NCBI GenBank assembly: GCA_015063955.1
Contig: SVTD01000003.1
Coordinates: forward strand, 3,952 to 67,951
DNA: 64,000 nucleotides
Direction of reading: 5' to 3'
Source: Oscillospiraceae bacterium
Lineage (GTDB): Bacteria > Bacillota > Clostridia > Oscillospirales > CAG-272
Below, one piece after another: positions 17,954 to 28,064 of the stretch. Under the pieces are notes generated by a model. It saw only the letters and a list, made by a program, of their open reading frames with translations. It ran no database searches and was not told where the DNA came from. Numbering within the stretch: position 1 is the first letter of the stretch; each line of letters starts with the position of its first letter. Position numbers and translations under genes: made by a program.

Positions 17954-19831
17954 ATGGAACTTTACGATAAATATGTCGGCGCCGTTCTTTCAGGTCGATA
18001 CAGAATAGAACGGATCATCGGCGTTGGCGGTATGGCTGTGGTGTTCAAGGCCTTCGACCTGCTTATGAACAAGCACGTTGCCATTAAGCTCCTCAAGGAG
18101 GAGATAGCCGGCGAGGAGGACAGCGTCAAGCGCTTCGTCAACGAATCAAAGGCCGTTGCGATGATGTCTCACAGAAACGTTGTCAGCATTTACGACGTCA
18201 ACGTCAGCGACGATATCAAGTATATCGTTATGGAATACATCGAGGGCATCACCCTGCGCAATTATATGACCAAAAGAGGCAGGCTTACCCTCAGAGAAAT
18301 CATCAGCTATACGGAGCAGATCCTTCTTGCTCTCAGTCATACGCATTCAAAGGGACTGGTCCACCGCGACATCAAGCCCCAGAACATTATGCTTCTCAAA
18401 AGCGGTATCATCAAGGTCACAGACTTCGGTATCGCAAAGCTGCCCAATGCCGAGACCGTCACTATGACGGACAAGGCTATCGGCACAGTATACTACATCA
18501 GCCCCGAGCAGGCAAGCGGTCACCCCATCGACAGGCGAAGCGACCTTTACTCCCTCGGCGTTATGATGTACGAAATGGCAACAGGCGAGCTGCCCTTTAC
18601 GGCAGACACCCCCGTTTCCGTTGCAATGATGCAGATCAACGATCAGGCAAAGGCTCCTTCCGAGCTCAACCCCGATATCCCCAAGGGACTTGAGCAGATC
18701 ATCGGCATCGCTATGGAAAAGGACCCTCAGTACCGCTATCAGTCGGCTGAGGATATGCTCCGCCATATACGCCGTCTCAAGGAAAACCCCGGCGTTATCT
18801 TCAAGATCCCCAAAAAGCACGAGGAGGGCGAGCCCAAGAGCGTTCTCTCTCTCCTTACCGGCGGAGGCCCCGCATTCCCTATGATCGCAGGAGTTGCCCT
18901 CGCATTCTTTATAGTTTTCGCCATCGGCGCCGCCTTTGTTCTGGGCAAAGCGTCGGATGCAATGTCGCAAACGGTGGAAACCATCGAGGTAGATGATTTC
19001 GAGGGGCGGAATTACGACGCCACCCTGGCAGAAGCCTTGGAAAATTCAGACAAATATACCGTTAAAATTGAATACGAATACTCCGATGCCTACGAGGCAG
19101 GAGTGATCATGGAGCAGTCCCCTGCCGCAGGCTCCTCCAAAAAGGTAAAGGTGGAGCTGACTCTCACAGTCTGCTCGGGAAATCGGGAGATCGATATGCC
19201 CTCCCTTTCCGACTACAACTATAAGGCGGCCATCAAGGAGCTCCGCAACCGCGGACTTGATTACGCCATCGAGTACAAAAAGGATAATATCCGCTCCTCG
19301 GGTCAGGTCATCTCAACCTCTCCCGCCGCAGGCGAAAAGGTAAAGGTGGGAAGCACCGTTACAGTCTACGTGTGCGACGGCTTTGAGGACGGAGATATCA
19401 AGGTTCCCGATTTCGTTGGCATGACGGAAAAGAAGGCATTCAAAAAGCTCGTTGAGCTTGATCTTCTCCCCGGTGCCGTTTCCTACGTCAAGGATAAGGC
19501 AGACCGCGGAACCGTTATCAAGCAGTCTGTTGAAAAGGACAAGGAGGTCCTCCCGAACACCCGTATCGGTCTCACCATCAGCGGAGGCCCCGATTACGAT
19601 CCTGCAAATCCCGACGGAACCACGGCTCCCGAGGAAACTACAGAGCCGCCCGAAACAACTGCTCCCGACACAACGACCGTGGATACCACCGATGCCGAGA
19701 CCACGGAAGCTGAAACCACTGATCCTGTAACCGAGGATACTACCGATTCAGAAACCACGGGAGACGGCGCAGCAGAGGAAACTACGGGACCTGCAGACAA
19801 CGAAAGCGCCGATAACAGTCAGTCAAACTAA
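17954..19831 (+). CDS. pknB: PASTA-domain Ser/Thr kinase (PknB/PrkC)
   Basis: IGVGGMAVV, HRDIKPQN, DFGIA, YISPEQ motifs, a TM helix, three PASTA-like repeats and an acidic Thr-rich tail. Confidence 0.93.
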   Translation: MELYDKYVGAVLSGRYRIERIIGVGGMAVVFKAFDLLMNKHVAIKLLKEEIAGEEDSVKRFVNESKAVAMMSHRNVVSIYDVNVSDDIKYIVMEYIEGITLRNYMTKRGRLTLREIISYTEQILLALSHTHSKGLVHRDIKPQNIMLLKSGIIKVTDFGIAKLPNAETVTMTDKAIGTVYYISPEQASGHPIDRRSDLYSLGVMMYEMATGELPFTADTPVSVAMMQINDQAKAPSELNPDIPKGLEQIIGIAMEKDPQYRYQSAEDMLRHIRRLKENPGVIFKIPKKHEEGEPKSVLSLLTGGGPAFPMIAGVALAFFIVFAIGAAFVLGKASDAMSQTVETIEVDDFEGRNYDATLAEALENSDKYTVKIEYEYSDAYEAGVIMEQSPAAGSSKKVKVELTLTVCSGNREIDMPSLSDYNYKAAIKELRNRGLDYAIEYKKDNIRSSGQVISTSPAAGEKVKVGSTVTVYVCDGFEDGDIKVPDFVGMTEKKAFKKLVELDLLPGAVSYVKDKADRGTVIKQSVEKDKEVLPNTRIGLTISGGPDYDPANPDGTTAPEETTEPPETTAPDTTTVDTTDAETTEAETTDPVTEDTTDSETTGDGAAEETTGPADNESADNSQSN

Positions 19832-19832
19832 A

Positions 19833-20789
19833 ATGAACGAAAAACAGTTTAAAGGAATTATAATCAAAGGGATCGGCGGACTGTACAACGTCCGCCCGAT
19901 CCTGCCCGAGAGCACAGCTACGGTTGAGGACGGCACCGTTCCCTGCCGCGCAAGAGGCGTTTTCCGTCACGACGGAATAACTCCCCTCCCCGGAGATTCA
20001 GTCATCTGCGAGATTATCTCGGAGGAGCCCTGCGAGGGCGTGATCAATGAGATCGAGGAGCGCTCAAACTGCCTTATCCGTCCCGCTCTTGCCAACCTTA
20101 CCCATCTCTTCATAGTTATCCCCGCAACCAAGCCCCGACCTGACCTGCTGACGGCAGACAAGCTCGTTTCCGCAGCAGAGGACAAGGGTATCGAGCCGGT
20201 CATCGTCATCACAAAGGAAGACCTTGACGAAGCCGAAACCGAGCGCATCGCAATGATATACCGCACCGGAGGCTTTTCCGTGTTCACCCTTTCGGGTCAC
20301 ACGGGAGACGGTGTGGCACAGCTTCTTTCCTACATGGAGGAGAATGCCAAAACCAGACTGACCGCCGCCTTTGCGGGAGTTTCAGGGGCGGGAAAATCGA
20401 CACTTATGGCAAAGCTTTTTCCCACACTTTCTTTGAAAACGGGAGAGGTTAGCCGAAAGATCGAGCGCGGAAAGCATACCACCCGCCACGCAGAGCTTTA
20501 CCCCCTGAAGGTGCTTGACAGCATGTGCTATATCGCCGACACCCCCGGCTTTTCAATGATAGACTTTGCCCGGTTTAACTTCACGGACAGAGAGGGCCTT
20601 CCCTATACCTTCAGAGAATTTGCCCCCCTTATGGGAGAATGCAGATATACGAAATGCACCCACACGAAGGAAGAGGGCTGCGCCGTTCTTGAAAAGGTGA
20701 AAAGCGGAGAAATATCAAAAAACCGCCACGAAAGCTATATCGCAATGCTGGAGGAGATCAACAAGAATCCCCCCTGGAAGAAGAGATAA
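19833..20789 (+). CDS. rsgA: Ribosome small subunit-dependent GTPase A
   Basis: TKED, GVSGAGKST, RGKHTT, DTPG and the C-terminal C-C-H-C zinc site. Confidence 0.95.
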   Translation: MNEKQFKGIIIKGIGGLYNVRPILPESTATVEDGTVPCRARGVFRHDGITPLPGDSVICEIISEEPCEGVINEIEERSNCLIRPALANLTHLFIVIPATKPRPDLLTADKLVSAAEDKGIEPVIVITKEDLDEAETERIAMIYRTGGFSVFTLSGHTGDGVAQLLSYMEENAKTRLTAAFAGVSGAGKSTLMAKLFPTLSLKTGEVSRKIERGKHTTRHAELYPLKVLDSMCYIADTPGFSMIDFARFNFTDREGLPYTFREFAPLMGECRYTKCTHTKEEGCAVLEKVKSGEISKNRHESYIAMLEEINKNPPWKKR

Positions 20790-20825
20790 CGAAAAAGAGA
20801 TCCGCGAACGCGGATCTCTTTTTCG

Positions 20826-20880
20826 TTCCAATTCGAGTTTGTAGGAGAGTGGAACGGTCGCTTTTTTGTGCGAAAGCAAA
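20826..20880. repeat. Degenerate fragment of the MITE/REP family
   Basis: AATTCGAGTTTGTAGGAGAGTGGAACGGTCGCTTTTTT resembles the left end of 29207-29522. Confidence 0.55.
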
Positions 20881-20927
20881 GAAAACAATAATTGTGTCTT
20901 CAGCTCTTTCGCACTAAAGTACCCGCA

Positions 20928-22670
20928 TCAGTCTTCGTCGGGAAAGCTCTTCGAAAAGGCCTCGTAAAGCTTTTCCCAAATGCTCTTCATCGTGTCCTCA
21001 TCAACCTTGACGATCTGTCTGTCATAGGTGCAAAGTCCGTTAGTCTCGTCCTCAACGTCGGAAAGCTGGGTGAGAACTGCGGCGCAAAGCCCGCTCTCTT
21101 CGATCTGGGGTACTATCTCCGAAAGGTAAAGCTCTTCAAGTCCTGCGGTCAGCTCCTCGGGGCTACGGAAGGTCTTATAGCCGTAGTTATCCGCAAGATT
21201 GAAGGAATGACCCCAAACCTTGTACGAATATCCCCCGAACTCGGAAAGAACCAAGGGCTTTTTTGGGTGGGGCTTCAGCTTGATCTTTCTGAAATAAACG
21301 TGCTCGCTTTTTACGTCGCTTTCGCCCCCGTCAAACCAGCCGCTGGCGCTGTCCCAGATCCTTGTGGGATCAAGGGCCTTCAGCTCTTTGTATATCCTTC
21401 CCGTATCGTACTGTCCCCAGCCCTCGTTGAAAATGGTATAGTAGCAGACCGAGGGGTGATTATACAAAAGAGCCACCGTTTTTCTTGAATCCTCTTCAAA
21501 ATGACGGGCACGGCGGGGAGATGCCTTTCTCGGAAGGCTTTTTTTAATGCCTATCGTGGGAAGCACCGTATCCTGAATATATCTGTAGACTCCGGAATTG
21601 ACCATATCCTGAAAGACCGCCATTCCGTACAGATCGCAATAGTAGTAGAAAATATCCGGCTCTGTTTTTATGTGCTTGCGAAGCATATTGAAGCCCAGGC
21701 GCTTCATGGTCAGAACGTCCCACTTATAGCCCTCGGGGCTGGCGGGAAGGTATATTCCGTCTGAAAAATACCCCTGATCCAGAAGTCCGTGGAAGAAATA
21801 GGGCTCGCCGTTCAGACAGATAACTGCCCTGCCCTTTCGCTTTTCAACGGTGACGGTTCTCAGGGCAAAATATGATTCTATCCTGTCCTCGCCGCAGGTA
21901 AGGGTGAAGTAATAAAGATAGGGCTCCTCGGGAGTCCAGTTTTTGGCGTTATCTATCCTTACGGTAATGCTGTCGCCCTCGTAGAGCCTTTCTATATCGC
22001 CCCTCTCCGTATGGATAACGAGCTTTTTTTGCCCCGTCCCGCCCTCGCTCTCTATTGTGATGCTGTCGAGGGTTGGGGTGAGCTTTACGGATTTTATATA
22101 GTCCTTTGCCACACCCTCAAGCCACACGGGCTGCCATATTCCGGAAATTGGGGTGTACCACATTCCGCCCCTCTTTTCCCTCTGCTTTCCGTAGGCAAGC
22201 TCACGGTCAAGAGTGTCGGTGATCTCCACCGTCAGAGTATTTTCTCTCTGCAAAAGCTCTCCGACCTCGTAGGAAAAGGGCAGATAGCCGCCAACGTGCT
22301 CAGATAGCTCCGTTCCGTTGAGCCATACCCTTGCCGTCTGGTCTGCGGCGCCGAAATGAAGAAGCGCCTGACTGCTGCCAATCTCGCCGTTCAGCTTGAA
22401 GGTCTTTTTATAGATATACTTTTCGTCCCTTTCCTTTTTTCGCCCGATATTTGAAAGACGGGACTCGGGAACGAAGGGGACCTTTATTTTCCCAAGGTAC
22501 TCCTCTCCCCCGTCGGTGCGCGAGAAAAGCTCCCACTCTCCGCAAAGGGAAAGGTAGGATTCTCTTTTCATCTGGGGGCGTGGATACTCCTCCCAGCCGG
22601 CACCTCCGCTTTTTTCAAAGGGGGTAAAAAGATCGCAAAAGGAAGTGTTTTTCGCTTTCATCGGGCTCAC
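20928..22670 (-). CDS. Glycoside hydrolase family 2
   Basis: YPRPQ, LHFGAAD, SGIWQPVW, LDQGY, GFNMLRKHIK, FNEGWG, SEFGG motifs. Confidence 0.9.
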   Translation of the reverse strand: MSPMKAKNTSFCDLFTPFEKSGGAGWEEYPRPQMKRESYLSLCGEWELFSRTDGGEEYLGKIKVPFVPESRLSNIGRKKERDEKYIYKKTFKLNGEIGSSQALLHFGAADQTARVWLNGTELSEHVGGYLPFSYEVGELLQRENTLTVEITDTLDRELAYGKQREKRGGMWYTPISGIWQPVWLEGVAKDYIKSVKLTPTLDSITIESEGGTGQKKLVIHTERGDIERLYEGDSITVRIDNAKNWTPEEPYLYYFTLTCGEDRIESYFALRTVTVEKRKGRAVICLNGEPYFFHGLLDQGYFSDGIYLPASPEGYKWDVLTMKRLGFNMLRKHIKTEPDIFYYYCDLYGMAVFQDMVNSGVYRYIQDTVLPTIGIKKSLPRKASPRRARHFEEDSRKTVALLYNHPSVCYYTIFNEGWGQYDTGRIYKELKALDPTRIWDSASGWFDGGESDVKSEHVYFRKIKLKPHPKKPLVLSEFGGYSYKVWGHSFNLADNYGYKTFRSPEELTAGLEELYLSEIVPQIEESGLCAAVLTQLSDVEDETNGLCTYDRQIVKVDEDTMKSIWEKLYEAFSKSFPDED

Positions 22671-22825
22671 CTTTACGTTTTTTTATAAGTATACCATATT
22701 TCGCCCGATTTTCCTATATCTGCAACCCTCTTTTCTTAAAAAAAGGGTTGAAATTCTTTCCTCAATCGTATATAATGACTCTCGGCGATTTTTTTACATA
22801 ACAAGTTTCAGAAAGGAGAAATACA

Positions 22826-23062
22826 ATGAAGAAGATCATTTGCAAGGTTGAATACGATACCGAGGCATCCGAGATCGTTGCAAAGTTCACAAGCGGTGAG
22901 CTTGGCGATCCCGCAGGCTATGAAGAAACTCTCTACGTAACAGCAGAGGGCAAGTACTTCATTTACACAAACGGCGGCGCTGAATCCATTTATCCCGAGG
23001 AGAACATCAAGAGAATCGCGAAGGATAAGATCGACGCCTGGAAGACAGAGCACTCTCTCTGA
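22826..23062 (+). CDS. Small hypothetical protein (78 aa)
   Basis: Strong RBS GAAAGGAG, own terminator, codon usage like the highly expressed genes. Confidence 0.8.
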   Translation: MKKIICKVEYDTEASEIVAKFTSGELGDPAGYEETLYVTAEGKYFIYTNGGAESIYPEENIKRIAKDKIDAWKTEHSL

Positions 23063-23110
23063 TAAGTATATCAAAAACAGCCTTGCTGCCAATGCAGCAA
23101 GGCTGTTTTT

Positions 23111-23743
23111 TTACTGTTTTTTACCGTCTTTATTATAAGCCGCAACTGCGCGGAGATAGGAAAAAAGCTTTCCGTCCTTCTCAAGATATATCTTGACTCT
23201 TCCCGCAGGGGTGCTTGAAATTATCGCTATCTGGTCGGAGACTGACATATTTCTGAAATATTTATATTTCACAAGTCTGCGCTCCTTGGCAGATACCTCC
23301 TCCCAGGCTTCCTTTTCCTCGGGGAGAGAATAGCAGCATTCTATATCGGTAAGCTTGATCAGGCACTCCGTTACCCATTCGCCCTTGCCCTGTCTTCTGT
23401 CTACTGTAAGCTCAAGCATTTCGGGTGGGACTGCAGTCACAGGGAGCTTTGCCGCCTCATCATAGCTGATGCCGCCCTCGGGAACGGTCTCCTCGTCATC
23501 CTCGTGGTGGAGACTGCTCTTCGGCTTCTGAGATACTCTTATGCTGTATCTGAATGCCGTCATCTTATATCTGATAAAAACAAAGAGCATCGCACAAAGC
23601 AGCACCATTGCCAGAAGCTGCAAAAAGCCCTGGCCGGGTATAAGCTCAACGGCTGAAAACGCAAAGGCAACACCCGCAGAGATAAACAGGCAAAGCACCG
23701 CTATCTCGGGGACCTTATTCTTTTGCTTCGGTTCAAAAGTCAT
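23111..23743 (-). CDS. Hypothetical membrane protein
   Basis: Two N-terminal TM helices; RBS GAGG before ATG 23743. Confidence 0.65.
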   Translation of the reverse strand: MTFEPKQKNKVPEIAVLCLFISAGVAFAFSAVELIPGQGFLQLLAMVLLCAMLFVFIRYKMTAFRYSIRVSQKPKSSLHHEDDEETVPEGGISYDEAAKLPVTAVPPEMLELTVDRRQGKGEWVTECLIKLTDIECCYSLPEEKEAWEEVSAKERRLVKYKYFRNMSVSDQIAIISSTPAGRVKIYLEKDGKLFSYLRAVAAYNKDGKKQ

Positions 23744-23818
23744 ATTTTTCCTCACTATTGAAAAAATGGGAGCCAAGGCTCCCATTTTCATCATTTTCCA
23801 TTAACACGAAAAATCAGC

Positions 23819-24004
23819 TTATGCCTCTTCCTTTGCGATTACCTGCTTGCCGTTGTAATAGCCGCAAGCGCTGCAAACTCTGTGAGAAAGATTGTACTCA
23901 CCACAGTTGGGGCACTTTGCCATGCCGGGCATGGACAGCTTCCAAACATTGGAACGTCTCTTATCTCTGCGTGCCTTGGATACTTTTCTCTTCGGTACTG
24001 CCAT
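23819..24004 (-). CDS. rpmF: 50S ribosomal protein L32
   Basis: [17 protein letters not shown]...CPNCG...[10 protein letters not shown]. Confidence 0.97.
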   Translation of the reverse strand: MAVPKRKVSKARRDKRRSNVWKLSMPGMAKCPNCGEYNLSHRVCSACGYYNGKQVIAKEEA

Positions 24005-24068
24005 CGAAAACACACCTCCTTGAAGACATTAAGGGTTAATTTAAAAATCTACATCTGCTATTATAACA

Positions 24069-24599
24069 CTACTTATTCATATTTTCAAGTAGTTTTTTAA
24101 AAGTTTCCATCCTCGGATCGATTTCTTTTTCTTTTTTGCAGCTGCAATCGCTGCCGATCTTCTTTCCGCAGACGGAGCACAGGCCCGGACAGTCCTCATC
24201 GCAGAGGTGATAAACGGGAAGCTCGAGAGACAGCTCCTCAATTATATCTCTGTCAAAATCTATACCGCCCTCTTTGACTGTGAGCATCTCATCCTCGTCC
24301 ACACCCTCAAGAACGGAACGGTTGAGAGTTACGACGCGCTCAAAGACAAACTCTGCCCTGCCGAAAATATCTGCAAGACATCTGTCGCAAACGGTTCTGT
24401 AGCCTACACTGACGTCAGCCGTAAGGCTCATATATCCGTCCTTATCCGTGATCCTACCCTTTACGCTGATATCCTCCGTAAGAGCGATCTCCTCGGATAT
24501 ATCGGGGGCATCGGGAACAGACTCGGGTGCGACAGTAAAGTCAAAGCTTATAACAGGGACTCTTCTGTTGAGAATTGGTGTAAGATCTATCTTCATCAT
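24069..24599 (-). CDS. YceD / DUF177 family protein
   Basis: CDRCL, LC.EDCPGLCSVCG and DPR motifs; conserved position upstream of rpmF. Confidence 0.92.
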   Translation of the reverse strand: MMKIDLTPILNRRVPVISFDFTVAPESVPDAPDISEEIALTEDISVKGRITDKDGYMSLTADVSVGYRTVCDRCLADIFGRAEFVFERVVTLNRSVLEGVDEDEMLTVKEGGIDFDRDIIEELSLELPVYHLCDEDCPGLCSVCGKKIGSDCSCKKEKEIDPRMETFKKLLENMNK

Positions 24600-24852
24600 T
24601 TTTCTCCCTTCAAGATTCCTGCAATTGATTATTATATATGTATTCTTTCCGATTGTCAATGATAAAAACGAAAATATTTCCCTATATTTTTGATTCTTTC
24701 TTATAAAAAAACTATTGAATCTGAAAGTAGGGTTTGTTATAATGAAATGTGATGAAAAATCCCGTTTTTTCAGGTATAGTATTTTGTATTCAGAAGCCCC
24801 GTCGGGCTGTACTGCTTTTTATGCCGCTCCGTGCGGCGGAATGGAGGTATTA

Positions 24853-25434
24853 ATGAAGCTCGGAAAAATTCTGAAAATATGCTTCATTTCGATGCTCGTG
24901 ATCTTTCTGTCATTTATTGCCATTCGTATTTTCATGAGCTCGGACAGATCCTGCCTTGATTCCGTATTCCCCACAGATGCGGCAAAGACAGCCTACGAAA
25001 GCTATGGAGAAAGCGCGTTCACAACGAATCCCATCCCCTCTGATATGAGCGCCGACGGCTATTTCACAGCCTATGCCCTCGCTTACTGCGAAAGCGAAAA
25101 AGAGCTACAGATAACCGTTCGATACAACGAAAGCCTCCCTGAAAATTATCTCATAGGCTCAGACCCGGATAAGTATTACTTTGAGCTTCGCGATGCTGAG
25201 GGAAACACCGTTTCAAGCTCCCGTACCGTTGATACCAAAGACCGGTACTTCTACCGTCATCTGCGCCTTGCATTTTCCGACGTTGAGAGCGACAGCGAGC
25301 TTTATCTTTTCCTCATCTGTGAGGAATGTGCTTACCCCGCAGACCACACCGACGGCATTCTCGTCCGTCATCCTTCACTTGAATCCAAGCACTTAAAGCT
25401 TTCAAAAAACGAAAAATCCGCCCTTTCAGAATAA
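24853..25434 (+). CDS. Hypothetical protein with N-terminal membrane anchor
   Basis: RBS GGAGG and an N-terminal hydrophobic helix. Confidence 0.7.
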   Translation: MKLGKILKICFISMLVIFLSFIAIRIFMSSDRSCLDSVFPTDAAKTAYESYGESAFTTNPIPSDMSADGYFTAYALAYCESEKELQITVRYNESLPENYLIGSDPDKYYFELRDAEGNTVSSSRTVDTKDRYFYRHLRLAFSDVESDSELYLFLICEECAYPADHTDGILVRHPSLESKHLKLSKNEKSALSE

Positions 25435-25445
25435 AAGTAAAAAAT

Positions 25446-27536
25446 ATGAAAAGTATTAACGTACCCGAAATATTCGCAAGCCTCGTTTTTAACGAGACCG
25501 TTATGCAGGAGCGTCTCCCTGCCGATATTTACGAAATAGTAAAAAAGACTCTTACCGTGGGTAAGAGAATGACACTTGAAGTAGCAAACGTAGTTGCCGA
25601 CGCAATGAAGGACTGGGCAATAGAAAACGGCGCCACCCACTATACCCATTGGTTCCAGCCTATGACCGGAATTACCGCAGAAAAGCACGACAGCTTCATT
25701 TCTCCTACCTCCGACGGCAAGGTGATAATGGAGTTTTCAGGCAAGGCGCTGGTTCGCGGTGAATCTGACGCATCCTCCTTCCCCTCCGGCGGCATCCGCT
25801 CCACCTTCGAGGCCCGCGGCTACACAGCCTGGGACCCCACCTCCTACGCCTTTATCAAGGACGGTACCCTTTGTATCCCCACAGCCTTCTGCTCCTACGG
25901 CGGCGAGGCCCTTGACCAGAAGACTCCTCTTCTTCGCTCGATGGAGACTCTTTCAAAGCAGACCGTTCGCATCCTGAAGCTTTTCGGCCACGAGGATATT
26001 ACGAACGTAAAGGCCACCGTTGGTGCCGAGCAGGAGTACTTCCTTATCTCAAAGGAGGTGTTTGAAAAGAGAAAGGACCTTATCTACACGGGCAGAACTC
26101 TTTTCGGACAGAAGCCTCCCAAGGGTCAGGAGCTTGACGACCACTATTCCGGCAGTCTTAAATCCCCCGTTGCGGCTTATATGAAGGACCTTGACGAAAC
26201 CCTCTGGAAAATGGGAGTTCTCTCAAAAACGAAGCACAACGAGGCGGCTCCCGCACAGCACGAGCTTGCCCCCATATTCTCAAGCGCCAACGTTGCCGTT
26301 GACCAGAACCAGATAACCATGGAAATGATGAAGAAGGTTGCCGACCGCCACGGTATGGTCTGCCTTCTCCACGAAAAGCCTTTCGCAGGCGTTAACGGAA
26401 GCGGCAAGCACAATAACTGGTCTCTTACGGCAAACACGGGACTCAATCTTCTTGAGCCCGGTGACACTCCTCACGAAAACGCTCAGTTCCTTCTGATGCT
26501 TGTTGCCACCGTGAAGGCTGTTGACGATTATCAGGAAATGATGCGTATCTCCGTTGCCGATGCAGGAAACGACCTGCGTCTGGGCGCAGCAGAGGCACCT
26601 CCTGCAATTATGTCCATCTTCCTTGGTGATGAGCTTACAGAGATCCTTGAATCCATCGAGGAGGGCAGACCATACGACGCCCGCGACACCGTTCAGATGA
26701 AGATCGGCGTTCACGCCCTGCCAAAGTTCCCCAAGGATAATACCGACAGAAACCGTACGAGCCCCTTTGCCTTTACCGGTAACAAATTCGAGTTCCGTAT
26801 GGCAGGCTCATCCCAGTCTATCGCAACTGCAAACGCAGTTCTCAACACAGCCTTTGCAGAGGTTATCCGTCAGTTTGCAGATATCCTTGAAAATGCTGAT
26901 AATTTCAACGAAACACTCCACAATCTTATCAAGGATACCATAAAAAACCACAAGCGCATCATCTTTAACGGTAACGGATATGACGATAAATGGGTCAAGG
27001 AGGCAGAGGAGCGCGGTCTTGCAAATCTGAGAGCCACACCCGATGCCCTTCCCCATATGCTTGACCGAAAAAATATCGAGCTTTTCTCCCGCCACGGAGT
27101 TTTCTCCGAGGATGAAATGCGCGCACGCCTTGAAATACAGCTTGAAAACTATACGAAGATCATTCATATAGAAGCGCTGACGATGCTTGATATGGCACGC
27201 CACGATATTCTTCCCGCCGCAAGCGACTACGCCGCGCGCATAGCAAAGAACGCAGAGCTTAAATCAAAATACGGCTCCTGCGAGGCAGAAAAGAAGCTTC
27301 TTTCAAAGCTCTCCTCTCTGACAGACTCCTTCTATGGAAATATCGAGCGCCTTGAAGCAGCATGCGCTGAGGGCGAAAAGAATATCGGAAATCCTGATAA
27401 CGCCTCCTTCTACAAAAACGAGGTCATCTCGGCAATGGAAGCACTCCGCGCCGACGGAGACGCCCTTGAGGAGCTTTGCGACGCATCCCTCTGGCCCTTC
27501 CCCTCCTACGGCGAAATGCTTTTCTCCATCAAATAA
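25446..27536 (+). CDS. glnA: Glutamine synthetase type III
   Basis: THYTHWFQP, AEKHD, DASSFPSGG, EKPFAGVNGSGKHNNWS, DRNRTSPFAFTGNKFEFR; 696 aa. Confidence 0.95.
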   Translation: MKSINVPEIFASLVFNETVMQERLPADIYEIVKKTLTVGKRMTLEVANVVADAMKDWAIENGATHYTHWFQPMTGITAEKHDSFISPTSDGKVIMEFSGKALVRGESDASSFPSGGIRSTFEARGYTAWDPTSYAFIKDGTLCIPTAFCSYGGEALDQKTPLLRSMETLSKQTVRILKLFGHEDITNVKATVGAEQEYFLISKEVFEKRKDLIYTGRTLFGQKPPKGQELDDHYSGSLKSPVAAYMKDLDETLWKMGVLSKTKHNEAAPAQHELAPIFSSANVAVDQNQITMEMMKKVADRHGMVCLLHEKPFAGVNGSGKHNNWSLTANTGLNLLEPGDTPHENAQFLLMLVATVKAVDDYQEMMRISVADAGNDLRLGAAEAPPAIMSIFLGDELTEILESIEEGRPYDARDTVQMKIGVHALPKFPKDNTDRNRTSPFAFTGNKFEFRMAGSSQSIATANAVLNTAFAEVIRQFADILENADNFNETLHNLIKDTIKNHKRIIFNGNGYDDKWVKEAEERGLANLRATPDALPHMLDRKNIELFSRHGVFSEDEMRARLEIQLENYTKIIHIEALTMLDMARHDILPAASDYAARIAKNAELKSKYGSCEAEKKLLSKLSSLTDSFYGNIERLEAACAEGEKNIGNPDNASFYKNEVISAMEALRADGDALEELCDASLWPFPSYGEMLFSIK

Positions 27537-27617
27537 TCATCACATAACACCGCAGGAATTGACATTCTGCGGTGTTTATTTTATAATAGAGTATAAAGCG
27601 AAAAAGGAGGTACCGTA

Positions 27618-28037
27618 ATGCTTGAACTGTCTTGCGGAACTGTACCGTTTAAAATAAAGGATAATACCGTTTATTATCTCCTGATAGAAGGAAAGCCCTT
27701 CGGATACGTCGGTTTTCCCAAGGGCCATATGGAGGCAGGAGAAACAGAAGAAGAAACTGCCATCCGCGAAACCTATGAGGAAACCAGCATCACAGCAAAC
27801 ATTATCGATGGCTTCAAGGGCCATACCCACTACCGCCTTTCAAACGGAAACGAAAAAAAGGTCGTTTATTTTCTCTGCGATTTTTCAGGCCAGACCCCGA
27901 AGCATAACGAATCCTTCGAGGATTTCTATTACCATATAAAGCCCTTTGATAAGGCATACAGCGCCCTCAGATTTGAAAGCGACAGGGCAGTGCTGAAGGC
28001 AGCCGATGAATATATCAGAAAGAATATTTTAAAATAA
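27618..28037 (+). CDS. Nudix hydrolase (Ap4A hydrolase-like)
   Basis: FPKGHMEAGETEEETAIRETYEET Nudix box. Confidence 0.88.
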   Translation: MLELSCGTVPFKIKDNTVYYLLIEGKPFGYVGFPKGHMEAGETEEETAIRETYEETSITANIIDGFKGHTHYRLSNGNEKKVVYFLCDFSGQTPKHNESFEDFYYHIKPFDKAYSALRFESDRAVLKAADEYIRKNILK

Positions 28038-28064
28038 ATCATTCAGAAACCGGGAGAACTGAAA

